IMG/VR virus record: IMGVR_UViG_3300028558_000791
Coordinates: 372,001-436,000 of that record
DNA length: 64,000 bases
Direction: 5' to 3' (one strand)
This document shows, piece by piece, positions 31,722 through 42,001 of the stretch. Made by a program: the position numbers and the translations under genes. The notes under the pieces are model-generated. The model did no database searches. It saw only the letters and a program-made list of their open reading frames with translations, and was not told the origin of the DNA. Position 1 is the stretch's first letter; every line of letters begins with the position of its first letter.

Positions 31722-32374
31722 ATCTTCGAGAGTTCATTGACCAACGTACCAACTGCCCTATTTGTGATACTGCACTAGTAACACAGTTCATTTCTAATCG
31801 CAAGCAAAAAGTAAAGCTAATAGATAATAGATTTGTGGCAATTTTTGTAATGAAGGCATTGCGAGTTAATCAGCCAGACTATGAGATAGGCTACTCGTTT
31901 GATATGGATAGCAACCATTTCATGGTTGAGTTCTATTCAGAGTGGGATCACTACGAGCAAGTACCCATGCACCTAATAGATAAGTTCAAAGAGTTCCATA
32001 AGAACATGGGAGGATGTAAGTTCTATAGACGATGTACTTTCTGTAATAGGTATAGTAAAAGCTCTACGCCTTTCAGCCTTAATTTCAAGACCCAGAAGAT
32101 GGATACTGAATTGTGGGATGGTATAGAGGTAGCCTATGAATCGTTTGGCTTATCTTTGCCTACCGATGGAGGCTTCAAGATAATGCACCTGAGTAACTTT
32201 CATATACTGGAGCCCAAATCGAACCTGATCTGGTACCGCGCTGACTCAGAGATGTATGCCCGTTTAGACTATACACTACCTAATGCCCGTTCTGAAAAGA
32301 CATTGTCCTTCATTCCATTTGTTTCCAAAGAAGAAACAACAAAGAGGCTGAATAACCTAATAACTTTTGCTTAA
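31718..32374 (+). CDS. CxxC / C-terminal-tail array protein (long type)
   Basis: CPIC; ends KRLNNLITFA. Confidence 0.8.
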   Translation: MNLREFIDQRTNCPICDTALVTQFISNRKQKVKLIDNRFVAIFVMKALRVNQPDYEIGYSFDMDSNHFMVEFYSEWDHYEQVPMHLIDKFKEFHKNMGGCKFYRRCTFCNRYSKSSTPFSLNFKTQKMDTELWDGIEVAYESFGLSLPTDGGFKIMHLSNFHILEPKSNLIWYRADSEMYARLDYTLPNARSEKTLSFIPFVSKEETTKRLNNLITFA

Positions 32375-32937
32375 AGGAATGCAGATAGTTTCTTAACAGC
32401 CTGCATCCAACGCACAATCTCTACTGCAGTATCGATTGGTATGTTGGTGCCAAAGTTTCCTTGGTCAAAGTACTTCAACCAAGGTCTATTAATAAACCTA
32501 TTATCCTTCACAAAGATCATAGGATAATCAATCTTACAAGGCATTCCAGACGGTGTCTTGGTGCGTTCCTCCCAGACTTCCATGTCTACCGTCATCTGCA
32601 TGCCTTGCTGGCTCGGAACGCCGTTATAGCGCTTGATTCTAATCTTGAATGACCCAACCCTTAGGTTAGTGCATTTGAGAATTTCTTCTTTTATCTTACT
32701 GGATTTGACGGTTGTAAGGTCAATCATGCCGGCCGAGCTAGCTTGATGAATCTTTTGTTTAATTTCAGGTTCAGAAGGTGCCCACTCCATCTTGGTAATA
32801 TCATAATCATCAATAGCCTCATCATATTGTGAGTCTACTAACTTTTGAATGAGTTCCAGGTAATCCTGGTCTGTAAGTGATTTCATGGACATATATTCTT
32901 TAATATATCGCAATATTAATAACTTTGCATTTATCAC
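32371..32937 (-). CDS. Hypothetical protein, paralogue of 37126..37566
   Basis: Shared VGxxxIxI, DxRF...W and terminal LxAFL. Confidence 0.7.
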   Translation of the reverse strand: MINAKLLILRYIKEYMSMKSLTDQDYLELIQKLVDSQYDEAIDDYDITKMEWAPSEPEIKQKIHQASSAGMIDLTTVKSSKIKEEILKCTNLRVGSFKIRIKRYNGVPSQQGMQMTVDMEVWEERTKTPSGMPCKIDYPMIFVKDNRFINRPWLKYFDQGNFGTNIPIDTAVEIVRWMQAVKKLSAFL

Positions 32938-33597
32938 ATGAACCCGAACAAGCTACTTAGATTTGCCAATATGTTCTATTCCCTAGCTGTGGGTGAAGAG
33001 CTGCCATCTGATTCAGATGATTTGAAGGTAGTATTATCGAACATCGAGGGTTTGGAAACTTACAATGCCCGCAAGAATTATGCGGAGCGTAATCTTAAAC
33101 ATTTATCCTCGGGCTCATCGCGCATCGTCTACTTGACACCGAGCAAAACCATCATTAAACTGGCTAAGAATGACAAAGGCATCGCTCAGAATAAGGCGGA
33201 AGCTAATCCTGAGATGAAGTCCAAGTATCTAAACCAAATCATCAGTTCATCCAAAAATGATGCTTGGTTAGAAACCCATTACCTAGATAAGATAACCGAG
33301 AAGGAATTCGAGCAGATGACCGGCCTCAAATTTGAGGATTTCGGAGACTCTCTGCGTTATGGCCTTAAGGACGTATCCGGTAACAAAGATATTGAAAAAC
33401 CTAAAGAGTTTGAGAAGGTATCGAAGACGGACATATATAAGGAGCTACGAGATATCGGTGAACGATTCAAGCTCCTACCTGGTGACATTGCCAGGATTTC
33501 TTCTTGGGGAACCAAAGATGGCCGCCCCATCCTAATTGATGCTGGATTGACACGAGATATCTTCGATGAATTCTACGAAGACTCTGCATCCTCATGA
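32938..33597 (+). CDS. Protein-kinase-like fold enzyme
   Basis: GSSRIVY Gly-loop, IIKLAK, QNxxE, GD...WG, LIDAG. Confidence 0.65.
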   Translation: MNPNKLLRFANMFYSLAVGEELPSDSDDLKVVLSNIEGLETYNARKNYAERNLKHLSSGSSRIVYLTPSKTIIKLAKNDKGIAQNKAEANPEMKSKYLNQIISSSKNDAWLETHYLDKITEKEFEQMTGLKFEDFGDSLRYGLKDVSGNKDIEKPKEFEKVSKTDIYKELRDIGERFKLLPGDIARISSWGTKDGRPILIDAGLTRDIFDEFYEDSASS

Positions 33598-34187
33598 AAC
33601 AATTTAAGAACCTATTCGAAGTACTTCAATACCATTCTAAGTGTCCTTTCTGCTCCGGCAAGATGTCGACAGGATGGGATATGGCTTATGATGAGAATTC
33701 GATTAAAGCTTATCTCAAGTTTGGATTAACAACTCTAACTGTTGATTGCTATAACAATAACATTATAGAATGCCGTCAAACATCTAGCTATAATTACCTA
33801 CCCGCTATTGGAGGTATGGTAAGTCAATACGTAGGCTCATCTTTATCTGATCTTTCGTCTAAAGGTATTGATATCCGCCGTCTGAACATATCTTGTGATG
33901 TTTGCAGTAAGTATTCTTATTTGATTCAAGTACATATTTCACTTGAGCACGGCAAACTTATAGCGTTAGTTCTTAATTCAGAGTCCGCTTCAATTGAAGA
34001 GGGCACTAAATTGTATGAGATTAAGAACATCTATACAACCGAAAAGACAGAAATGTCCACGTTTCATACTCACCTCTCCAGTGCGAGAGGCGCACTAGAC
34101 AAGGTAGAGCTTCCGCTCGTTCCTCTGGACCTTCAGAATCCACTGAAGACTGTAGGGCGTATCAAGAATCTCCTCGTATTTTTGTGA
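33594..34187 (+). CDS. CxxC / C-terminal-tail array protein (long type)
   Basis: CPFC; ends GRIKNLLVFL. Confidence 0.8.
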   Translation: MKQFKNLFEVLQYHSKCPFCSGKMSTGWDMAYDENSIKAYLKFGLTTLTVDCYNNNIIECRQTSSYNYLPAIGGMVSQYVGSSLSDLSSKGIDIRRLNISCDVCSKYSYLIQVHISLEHGKLIALVLNSESASIEEGTKLYEIKNIYTTEKTEMSTFHTHLSSARGALDKVELPLVPLDLQNPLKTVGRIKNLLVFL

Positions 34188-34191
34188 AGAC

Positions 34192-34812
34192 ATGACAGAT
34201 AAATTTGAGTCCATCCTTGAGTTTACCAAACTCAAGGAGGAATGTGTATTTTGTAAAACACCATTACGTGCCCACTTAACTAATTTCGTTGGCCTTAATG
34301 AAGTTGGTTTAGCAATCATTAATGCTCCCCTAAAAGATAGTAGGATTGATTTCAAGATAGAACATACTACACCATCCTTTAAAATCAATGCTGATGTTTT
34401 TATCGATGCTACTAAAAATGTCCTTATATTTGATAACTACACTAATGGCGAATTGCCAGCCATAGATGATCATGTAATCAAGCAAACCTTTGAGGATTAT
34501 AGGCCCTATATGGAGCTTTATTGTCCTAGCAAGAAATGTGGTTTGAACTATCACCTATGTGGGCATTATATAAAGCTGAAGAAAGTTCATCCTGTCCAAG
34601 GTATGTGGTCAGTTCAGCCATTTAAACTTCTTCTAGAAGGTGTAAGAGTTAAGAATTATGTTATCCATAATGATTGGCATGGTCAGAAGACACGCATCTA
34701 TTCTAGGAACAATTCAGATGCGAAACCTATTGAGATAGCCTTAGTAGACTTCACTACTATGGATAAACAAAAATTAATAACACGAATACAAACGATAGTA
34801 ACATTCTCATGA
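34192..34812 (+). CDS. CxxC / C-terminal-tail array protein (long type)
   Basis: CVFC; ends [10 protein letters not shown]. Confidence 0.8.
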   Translation: MTDKFESILEFTKLKEECVFCKTPLRAHLTNFVGLNEVGLAIINAPLKDSRIDFKIEHTTPSFKINADVFIDATKNVLIFDNYTNGELPAIDDHVIKQTFEDYRPYMELYCPSKKCGLNYHLCGHYIKLKKVHPVQGMWSVQPFKLLLEGVRVKNYVIHNDWHGQKTRIYSRNNSDAKPIEIALVDFTTMDKQKLITRIQTIVTFS

Positions 34813-35903
34813 ATACCATACAACTAATATACGCCTGCCAAGAAAAGATCAAAGCTCTGGGCACAATGATTCCAGAGGCACAGCACCGTAGGCGCTTGGA
34901 AGAAATAGATGAGATAGTCAGTACCAATCCTAACCTATGGAATGATACTCGCAAAGCTGCTGCCCTAATGAAGGAGCGCACTAAGCTTGCAGACCTTTTA
35001 AGCAAACTAAAGTCTTTCCAAGAACAGGCCGCTTTCAATGCGGAGTTTGCGCAGTTAGCAGGTAATGAAATTGATACTATGTTTGATGATGTCCAACGCC
35101 TCCTTCAAGAGATGACGGATATGGAATTCAAACAGATGATGCAGGACCCTGTAGACGATACTCCTGCCATCATCTCTATTAATGCTGGTGCTGGCGGTCT
35201 AGAGGCAGCTAACTGGGTTACAATGCTATTGCGTATGTATATGCGATATGCCGATAGCCAAGATTTCAAAGTAGAGTTGCTTGACGAGAAGCCATCTGAA
35301 GAACACAGCTCTATTTGTACTGACTCTGTTTCTATTAGAGTAGATGGCCCATATGCTTATGGTTTCTTCAAGTCTGAGTCGGGAGTTCATCGTCTTATTC
35401 GTAATTCTCCATTCAATGCTGCCGATGCAAGACAGACATCATTTGCTGGTGTTCAAGTCTCGCCCGATATTGAAGATACAATTGACATTGTTATCAATGA
35501 TAAGGATATTGAGATTACAGCACAGACAGCAGGTGGCCCAGGAGGACAGAACGTTAATAAGGTGGCCAGTGCTATCAGATTGAAACACATACCAACTGGT
35601 ATTAATATTCTAGTTAGAACGGAACGAGATCAATTATCTAATAAGAAAACAGCTTTGAAGATGCTTAAGGCTCGCTTGTATGATATCGAAATGAAAAAGA
35701 AGCAAGCCGAGATGGATAAGCATATAGCATCTATTTCCGAGGTTTCATTTGGCAATCAAATTAGGACTTATACATTGACCCCTTATCAATTAGTAAAGGA
35801 TGAGCGTACTGGGTTTAAAACTAATGATGCTGATAGTATGTTAGATGGTGACATTCAAGGATTTATGATTGCCTACCTACAGGAATATGATAAAATCGCA
35901 TAA
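34809..35903 (+). CDS. prfB: Peptide chain release factor 2 homologue
   Basis: AGAGG.EA..W..ML.RMY, ESGVHRL, SPF (RF2-specific tripeptide), [17 protein letters not shown]; uninterrupted ORF. Confidence 0.92.
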   Translation: MNTIQLIYACQEKIKALGTMIPEAQHRRRLEEIDEIVSTNPNLWNDTRKAAALMKERTKLADLLSKLKSFQEQAAFNAEFAQLAGNEIDTMFDDVQRLLQEMTDMEFKQMMQDPVDDTPAIISINAGAGGLEAANWVTMLLRMYMRYADSQDFKVELLDEKPSEEHSSICTDSVSIRVDGPYAYGFFKSESGVHRLIRNSPFNAADARQTSFAGVQVSPDIEDTIDIVINDKDIEITAQTAGGPGGQNVNKVASAIRLKHIPTGINILVRTERDQLSNKKTALKMLKARLYDIEMKKKQAEMDKHIASISEVSFGNQIRTYTLTPYQLVKDERTGFKTNDADSMLDGDIQGFMIAYLQEYDKIA

Positions 35904-35908
35904 GGAGT

Positions 35909-36493
35909 ATGAGGAAGTTCACCATCAAGGACTTCATAACGTACAATAATCCTTGTTTCAGTTGTGGTAATCAAATCAATTTTCGTATTGGGTTTCTGGA
36001 TTTAGAGACCAAGGCGGACATCTCATACTTGCGCCCCGTGGTTACCCCTACCTATACAGAGGTAGATTTAATCATCAAATACGCCAATACTGACGCTCTA
36101 AAGCTCTACATCTTCCATAAAACTAATAAAATACTAACTAATAGTCAGCAGGGGTTGACAAAGTATCTAGCCAGCCGTAAGTTGTTCTTATCAACTACAT
36201 GTGATAGGTGCTATACGCAGATAGAAAGCCAGTATTTAGATTTCAATATCGATAAGGGTTATGTAGCGGCCGTTGGCATTAGCACTGAGAGGCTAATGGT
36301 ACATGATGGGGATAGCGTATACCAGATTACTTCACATTTTATGGCAGAGAAAAGTAATCTGATTGTTGATAGACTTGACAAAATCAGACCACTTTCACCA
36401 TTTCAATTAGAATTGCCATTGATACCAAAATACAGATTTAAGGATAAGGCGCACTTCATCCAGAAAATGAAGACGTATATAACATTTTCATGA
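35909..36493 (+). CDS. CxxC / C-terminal-tail array protein (long type)
   Basis: CFSC; ends QKMKTYITFS. Confidence 0.8.
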   Translation: MRKFTIKDFITYNNPCFSCGNQINFRIGFLDLETKADISYLRPVVTPTYTEVDLIIKYANTDALKLYIFHKTNKILTNSQQGLTKYLASRKLFLSTTCDRCYTQIESQYLDFNIDKGYVAAVGISTERLMVHDGDSVYQITSHFMAEKSNLIVDRLDKIRPLSPFQLELPLIPKYRFKDKAHFIQKMKTYITFS

Positions 36494-37131
36494 ATTTACA
36501 AGAGATATTGAGCTACCGAGACAGTTGCCTGATATGTGACCGTCCGCTGGTCATGCGAATCAAGGAATATCCTAAACTCTCTATAACTCAGAATGATGAA
36601 GGACTCCAGATACGCTCAGGACATAAAGATGGCGTTCGTCTAAGCTTTGGTTTTGATGGTAAGTATGAGCGTAACAAGCGTGACTACAAGATTCATGCTG
36701 GTCCGGTCTTTATTCAGAAGCGCTGTCAATACCATCCATTGCGCGGCATGCACGTCACTGCCCCAGGTAATGGTAAAATTATCCTCAAGTCACGTAGCGT
36801 CGGGTTAACCACCATGACTAACTTTGGTACCACCTTAGATAGTCTAAAGGACCAGACCTGTCAGTATGGCTTTACCCTATTTGGAGATATCCAGGGTAAC
36901 TATGATGTTAATCTGACAACGGACTTTGTCTATTGGCATGATGACAAAGAGTTCTGGCATGTAAATACTTACTTCACATCGTCATATACTCAGGTTTATC
37001 ACTCAACATTTGAGAATACGATAGACGATGTAATACGAACAAGACTGCAAATTCCAGCAGTTAACCTAAAGAACGTAACCGGCGTACCTCAGTTACTAGA
37101 GAAACTTAAGCTGTATACACTCTTCTCATAA
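36490..37131 (+). CDS. CxxC / C-terminal-tail array protein (long type)
   Basis: CLIC; ends EKLKLYTLFS. Confidence 0.8.
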   Translation: MNLQEILSYRDSCLICDRPLVMRIKEYPKLSITQNDEGLQIRSGHKDGVRLSFGFDGKYERNKRDYKIHAGPVFIQKRCQYHPLRGMHVTAPGNGKIILKSRSVGLTTMTNFGTTLDSLKDQTCQYGFTLFGDIQGNYDVNLTTDFVYWHDDKEFWHVNTYFTSSYTQVYHSTFENTIDDVIRTRLQIPAVNLKNVTGVPQLLEKLKLYTLFS

Positions 37132-37566
37132 GAATGCTTTGAGTCGGTCTAGCCTCTTACAGTAACAGACGGCATCCAATAGATGCTTCATCTTAAGGTT
37201 ACCGAAAGAGTTATGTAAAACCCACTCCTGCCCTTTGAATCTAGAATCTCTCTTAAGGTCAATGCGCTTAGCCTTGGGTTCTAAACTATCATAAATAGCA
37301 ATCTCGAAATCTTTGAATTCTTTTAGCTTGCGAGGGCCGACTAAATCATATGGTAATTGAATCTTGATACTGTACATACCAACTTTAATGGTGTTACGAT
37401 AGAGAGTAATCTCGTTCTCTTTAGCTTCTTCCAAGCTTGCTAAACTACAATGGTCTAACTCGCGCTTTATCTTGTTTTTCGAACTCTTACCGTGACTGAA
37501 ATCGAGTACGATACGAGGTTCTTCATGTGATCGAATGGCTGTCATACTTCCTTGATAGTATGCCAT
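37126..37566 (-). CDS. Hypothetical protein, paralogue of 32371..32937
   Basis: Ends RLDRLKAFL. Confidence 0.7.
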   Translation of the reverse strand: MAYYQGSMTAIRSHEEPRIVLDFSHGKSSKNKIKRELDHCSLASLEEAKENEITLYRNTIKVGMYSIKIQLPYDLVGPRKLKEFKDFEIAIYDSLEPKAKRIDLKRDSRFKGQEWVLHNSFGNLKMKHLLDAVCYCKRLDRLKAFL

Positions 37567-37584
37567 ATACTTGCCATGTTATAG

Positions 37585-37911
37585 GTGTCCATCATGGAAA
37601 AATTTGATTGTCTGGTATGTAATAAAGAGATGGAGATGCATCATAAAATCATGTACATTGACTACTCATGTAATCGATCAGATGATCATCACTTCTCTTG
37701 GCGTATTAAAGACAATAGACTAGTTAAGCTTCGCATTCGGTTTCAAGATAATAGCGAGCGGCTATGTTTGAAAATTCATTATGATGAACAATACTCTGAG
37801 GTATGGTCTAAGTCTGCTAATAGGATACGTATCAATCAAGTGGTCATTCCTAACTTCCAAAATATAGAAGTGCTGAAAAACAAGATTAGAACTATGCTGG
37901 TGTTTGGATGA
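37585..37911 (+). CDS. CxxC / C-terminal-tail array protein
   Basis: CLVC; ends NKIRTMLVFG. Confidence 0.8.
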   Translation: MSIMEKFDCLVCNKEMEMHHKIMYIDYSCNRSDDHHFSWRIKDNRLVKLRIRFQDNSERLCLKIHYDEQYSEVWSKSANRIRINQVVIPNFQNIEVLKNKIRTMLVFG

Positions 37912-38237
37912 AACCGCCCATCAATTGCCCCGTATGTGGCGACCCATTACTTAATACTTTTCCACCCGCTGAAGACCTCAACACACGAGTTACCAAAACA
38001 TGCACTCGTCGAATTAACCACAATATAGTAATACTAGTTGAAGATGATGAGGTAACTCAATTAGCTATTGATATTGGTAATGGGCTTCAAGCTGTATGGC
38101 TATTCCTATTAGGAGCCGTATGGATTCAAGGTATGAAAAAGGATAAGGAAGTGATGGTGCTTCCATTTTTCGAACCCGATCTATCCAACTATAAAAAGCT
38201 GGTTGAGAAAGTAAAAACTTATCTGGTCTTCTCATAA
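37908..38237 (+). CDS. CxxC / C-terminal-tail array protein
   Basis: CPVC; ends EKVKTYLVFS. Confidence 0.8.
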   Translation: MKPPINCPVCGDPLLNTFPPAEDLNTRVTKTCTRRINHNIVILVEDDEVTQLAIDIGNGLQAVWLFLLGAVWIQGMKKDKEVMVLPFFEPDLSNYKKLVEKVKTYLVFS

Positions 38238-38269
38238 AGGAGTGGTATGGGCGCAGTTATATACTTTGT

Positions 38270-38635
38270 ATGGATGACGTCCTGAACTGCCCGATTTGTG
38301 GTAATAAATTAAGAACAAGCCACCATACAAATAAACACATTTACTTCATCGATCAGACTGGTGATTATACTGAGCGTATCTGCTCAAAAGGTCACAATCA
38401 TATCGTTGACATGTGGGTTAATAAGGCCACGAAACAAGTAGATTTCCTTAGGTTGTCCCTCAACTCAAAGTATTCTCGTTTTTTGGAGATTGATTACGTA
38501 AACCAAAAGTGTCGCATCTCCTGCGTCAAAGATGGTGAGTACGAGTATATCAACGTTCCTAAGATGATTGAACCAGACTTCCCTGATTTAGAAAAACTAA
38601 AAGAACGTGTAAGCCTCTACGTAGTATTCTCATGA
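38270..38635 (+). CDS. CxxC / C-terminal-tail array protein
   Basis: CPIC; ends ERVSLYVVFS. Confidence 0.8.
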   Translation: MDDVLNCPICGNKLRTSHHTNKHIYFIDQTGDYTERICSKGHNHIVDMWVNKATKQVDFLRLSLNSKYSRFLEIDYVNQKCRISCVKDGEYEYINVPKMIEPDFPDLEKLKERVSLYVVFS

Positions 38636-38964
38636 ATTGTCTATTCTGTAAACAAGATATGAATGTTGGTGAAAGAACCAAACTTGATTTCTTCTATCGG
38701 TATACCTGTTACTCAATTGAGTGTATGGTTAATAATGATTTCCCTAGATACATTTGCGGAACTGATAAAGAAGGTAGTGTATGTTGGCAAGAGTATGCTT
38801 TAGGCAGCTTCTATGTCAAAGTTAGTGACAATGGCTGTCTTATCTATAGATTAGAGAGCTGTATGCTAACTAATGAGATTAAGATAGCTAGACCTTTATG
38901 GCTCAATCCTACAAATTTCGACCACACGCTTGACAAGCTAAAGCTGATGGTTACATTCTCCTGA
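38632..38964 (+). CDS. CxxC / C-terminal-tail array protein
   Basis: CLFC; ends DKLKLMVTFS. Confidence 0.8.
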   Translation: MNCLFCKQDMNVGERTKLDFFYRYTCYSIECMVNNDFPRYICGTDKEGSVCWQEYALGSFYVKVSDNGCLIYRLESCMLTNEIKIARPLWLNPTNFDHTLDKLKLMVTFS

Positions 38965-38982
38965 AGATAGGGAATAAACTAA

Positions 38983-39327
38983 ATGCGATTCGCGACCCAT
39001 GAATGTCCTCTGTGCAATAATGTTCTCCAAATAAAACTAATGTCCGGAGTAACTACCTACTTCTGTCCAACTAAGATTACAGATGGTAATAACAATATTT
39101 CGCACTATGAAGTAGAGACAGATGGCAAACAAACCATTCAGCATCTCTATGTCTTCCCATATGCTATTGATAACTTTGCCAACGCAGGTAAGTCACGGGT
39201 TTATCTATGGGGAGAAACTAAGTGGCAGTTCCTAATGGAACTTCCTTTTGTCACAGCTCAACCACAAGAAAGTTTGCTGGACCACCTTTACAATGTGGCC
39301 CCTCCATCCTATGACATTGCTATGTAA
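38983..39327 (+). CDS. CxxC array protein lacking the conserved tail
   Basis: CPLC...YFCP; ends PSYDIAM. Confidence 0.75.
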   Translation: MRFATHECPLCNNVLQIKLMSGVTTYFCPTKITDGNNNISHYEVETDGKQTIQHLYVFPYAIDNFANAGKSRVYLWGETKWQFLMELPFVTAQPQESLLDHLYNVAPPSYDIAM

Positions 39328-39679
39328 GTTTTGCCAAGAAGAAGCTGCCTACGTTCCGCTCATCATTAAGGGCGGTAATGGAGATAATAATTTTCATACA
39401 TTCGATGTTCACTATTGCTATAATTGCGCAGCAGAATACGTCAAATGGTCAAGCTCCAATAGCATTCATCTATATACTATCATCAATACTAGAACGTATA
39501 GATGGACATTGAATGAAGGTGGAGCTACTGCTTATCTGTGGTATGTAGGAGAGCCAGGAGAACCAGGAGTGCGCCCCAATAGGAAGATGAAGCTGGTCAA
39601 GACATTCAGTGAACACTTCCCGCCAATCACTCCAGAAAACATAGAACGTAAACTCCGCTTCATGCTATTATTTTTATGA
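39311..39679 (+). CDS. CxxC / C-terminal-tail array protein (start reassigned to MTLLCKFC)
   Basis: CKFC, CYNC; ends RKLRFMLLFL. Confidence 0.8.
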   Translation: MTLLCKFCQEEAAYVPLIIKGGNGDNNFHTFDVHYCYNCAAEYVKWSSSNSIHLYTIINTRTYRWTLNEGGATAYLWYVGEPGEPGVRPNRKMKLVKTFSEHFPPITPENIERKLRFMLLFL

Positions 39680-40200
39680 GAAAAATCGAAATACTACAGT
39701 ACTCTTGCCCTCAATGCAATGCTGACCTGATAGTTAAAGCCGTTGACTTTTTATATAATCAAATGGATGGAGAAAAGACTAAAACATCATACCAGTGTAT
39801 AGGATGCCGAGAAGAGTTCTACTCATTGGAACAAGCGCATGTATCTAATACTAGCCTGACGCCTGAATACAAATGTCCCTACTGCCACCAGCAATGCTCC
39901 TATCTATCCCTTAAGGACGATTGGACTGATTACTGGAAGTGCTTACCATGTAAGGTAGCGTTTCAACAAACTTATAGTGCTAACTTTGCTGGTATCGATA
40001 CTATCAACATGTACACTACCATCAAAGGCAAGCTATTTGTATTGAGACAGTTCCTCAGAGAGAATCGGTCCAGAATAGATATGTTACCAGAAGACCCAGA
40101 GGATACGATTGTAATCGCTAAGGATTTCAATTTCCTGTTCCCTAATCTGCTGCCATCTAACATCCAAGAGAAACTCCTAACCTATCTTGTATTCTCATGA
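39676..40200 (+). CDS. CxxC / C-terminal-tail array protein with two Zn ribbons
   Basis: CPQC, CIGC, CPYC, CLPC; ends EKLLTYLVFS. Confidence 0.8.
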   Translation: MRKIEILQYSCPQCNADLIVKAVDFLYNQMDGEKTKTSYQCIGCREEFYSLEQAHVSNTSLTPEYKCPYCHQQCSYLSLKDDWTDYWKCLPCKVAFQQTYSANFAGIDTINMYTTIKGKLFVLRQFLRENRSRIDMLPEDPEDTIVIAKDFNFLFPNLLPSNIQEKLLTYLVFS

Positions 40201-40535
40201 ACTGTGAATTCTGTAAGAAGCCATTGCGCTTCTCTCATAACGAAAATGATAAAGATATTGAGGTATATGATTGCAATCATTGCCCCGTCCTAACTTCATT
40301 TCACTACCTTCACAAAGATGGTAGCCCAGTCAAGACCACGTTCATGATAGATAAGAATGAGAAGTGTTATCTGTGGACCAACAACTACATCCAGAATATC
40401 TCCTACATTCATGACTTGGGAACATCTATAGCTAGGGAAGGAAAAGACCCAATGATTCTCAAGTTCCCTAAAATTATGAATGTCAATCCAACTAACATTC
40501 ATGAGAAGTTCGCTTTCTATATGGTATTCCTATGA
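40197..40535 (+). CDS. CxxC / C-terminal-tail array protein
   Basis: CEFC, CNHC; ends EKFAFYMVFL. Confidence 0.8.
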   Translation: MNCEFCKKPLRFSHNENDKDIEVYDCNHCPVLTSFHYLHKDGSPVKTTFMIDKNEKCYLWTNNYIQNISYIHDLGTSIAREGKDPMILKFPKIMNVNPTNIHEKFAFYMVFL

Positions 40536-40945
40536 AGCCATTGCAGAACTGTCCATATTGCGGATGTTATCTATCTCGCATCAAACAGAACGAGAGCTGG
40601 CATGAGACCTATTGTTCTGACCGATGCTCCATGAAGTACCATCAGTATTTTGAAGGAGATTTCGATAGCGATAAGCTAAGGTATATCACGTTTGATACGC
40701 CCCGATTCAACGTCTACGTCTATTTTGAGACAGGGTTCTATCCTAATATCGTACACTTCTACTCTCATAAAGAGATGGCCGCTAAGGGAACAGCTATGCC
40801 AATAGTGGATAACTTGCCGTCAAGCAGGATTCCAACCCATGAACTAGAAGAGATGGCTAACTCTCGATATGAGACGGCCACCCAAGCACGGGAATGGTTG
40901 GACAAGGTAGATGAGAAGCTTCATACTCTAGCGTTATTCGCATGA
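40532..40945 (+). CDS. CxxC / C-terminal-tail array protein
   Basis: CPYC; ends EKLHTLALFA. Confidence 0.8.
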   Translation: MKPLQNCPYCGCYLSRIKQNESWHETYCSDRCSMKYHQYFEGDFDSDKLRYITFDTPRFNVYVYFETGFYPNIVHFYSHKEMAAKGTAMPIVDNLPSSRIPTHELEEMANSRYETATQAREWLDKVDEKLHTLALFA

Positions 40946-41274
40946 TCTGTCCATCTTGTGCTAAAGAAATCGGCCGCCCCAAAATGCACACGGCCACGTT
41001 TACTTGCAGTTACTATTGTATGTCATGTAAAGAAGAACATATCGTTTGGGAATCTATTACTCCAGGAGACTATGTAGTCGAGTGGGATAGGTATCGCATT
41101 TACTGCAACACTAAAGATAACACCGCCAAACTTCAAAAGATTTACATGGATATTGAATCAGATACCTCAATTATGTATCGATGGTACACCGTCCTAGAAC
41201 TACCCAATATCCCAGAGAATCTGACGCAAGATACCGCAGAAGAAAAGATTAAACTGTATTTGTTATTCTCATGA
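40942..41274 (+). CDS. CxxC / C-terminal-tail array protein
   Basis: CPSC, CMSC; ends EKIKLYLLFS. Confidence 0.8.
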   Translation: MICPSCAKEIGRPKMHTATFTCSYYCMSCKEEHIVWESITPGDYVVEWDRYRIYCNTKDNTAKLQKIYMDIESDTSIMYRWYTVLELPNIPENLTQDTAEEKIKLYLLFS

Positions 41275-41663
41275 AATGCTATTACTGCCAAAATGAAGTA
41301 GAACAAGACCCAGATAATAGCCCTGGTCCATTCAAAAGCCTGCGGTCCAAATCCTGTGATCACTGTACCAAAACTCATGATATCTATCATGTCTCGTTCA
41401 TCTATGAAACTGATGGTAGTTATCGGTACGCTCATATCTATTTGGATGAGGTAACATATACTACACTCCCAAAGACAGGATTCTCTAATCGCGGTCTAGT
41501 AATAGCTGACAACGAAACCTATCATATTAGATTGAATATGAAGGCAGGAAATACCAGCGTCATGCTATATGGAACGACGGAAGAGATTCTATGCCTACCA
41601 ACTCTTAACATCACTCCCGCCAATGTGCGCGAGAAGATTAAACTCTACCTATTATTCTCATGA
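41271..41663 (+). CDS. CxxC / C-terminal-tail array protein
   Basis: CYYC, CDHC; ends EKIKLYLLFS. Confidence 0.8.
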   Translation: MKCYYCQNEVEQDPDNSPGPFKSLRSKSCDHCTKTHDIYHVSFIYETDGSYRYAHIYLDEVTYTTLPKTGFSNRGLVIADNETYHIRLNMKAGNTSVMLYGTTEEILCLPTLNITPANVREKIKLYLLFS

Positions 41664-42001
41664 AATGTCCTATCTGTGAAGAACATGAACTAGTCACGCA
41701 ATCTCTAGAAGATTGCTATGGCCGGGCTCCAGATGTCTTCTGCCCCAAAGTCATTAGGTTGCCAGATGGTAAGATTGTCAATCATTACCGAGAGTATCCT
41801 GTGGTGGGCGATAAAACAAGAATCTTTGTTTGGCCCTTTAGAGTCATCACCTGGAAAGGCGAGTCTCAGGTTTCAGTAGATTCTCAATATAAGAGATCTA
41901 AAAAGCACTACTTTAAAACAGTTATGAGGATCCCAGCTTTGCATACAGATAAAGAAGATAAACTAAGGGATCGTATCAAGCTATTGATTCTATTATCATG
42001 A
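41660..42001 (+). CDS. CxxC / C-terminal-tail array protein
   Basis: CPIC; ends DRIKLLILLS. Confidence 0.8.
   Translation: MKCPICEEHELVTQSLEDCYGRAPDVFCPKVIRLPDGKIVNHYREYPVVGDKTRIFVWPFRVITWKGESQVSVDSQYKRSKKHYFKTVMRIPALHTDKEDKLRDRIKLLILLS

Noticed and set aside
35405-35416. CTCCATTCA inside prfB as a repeat copy
   Set aside because: It is one C short and is explained by the conserved SPF codons.
34809-35903. RF2 as a sign of TAG stop-codon reassignment
   Set aside because: Genes up to 1446 aa are intact in the standard code, and TAG serves as an ordinary stop (e.g. 45156, 53295, 54067).
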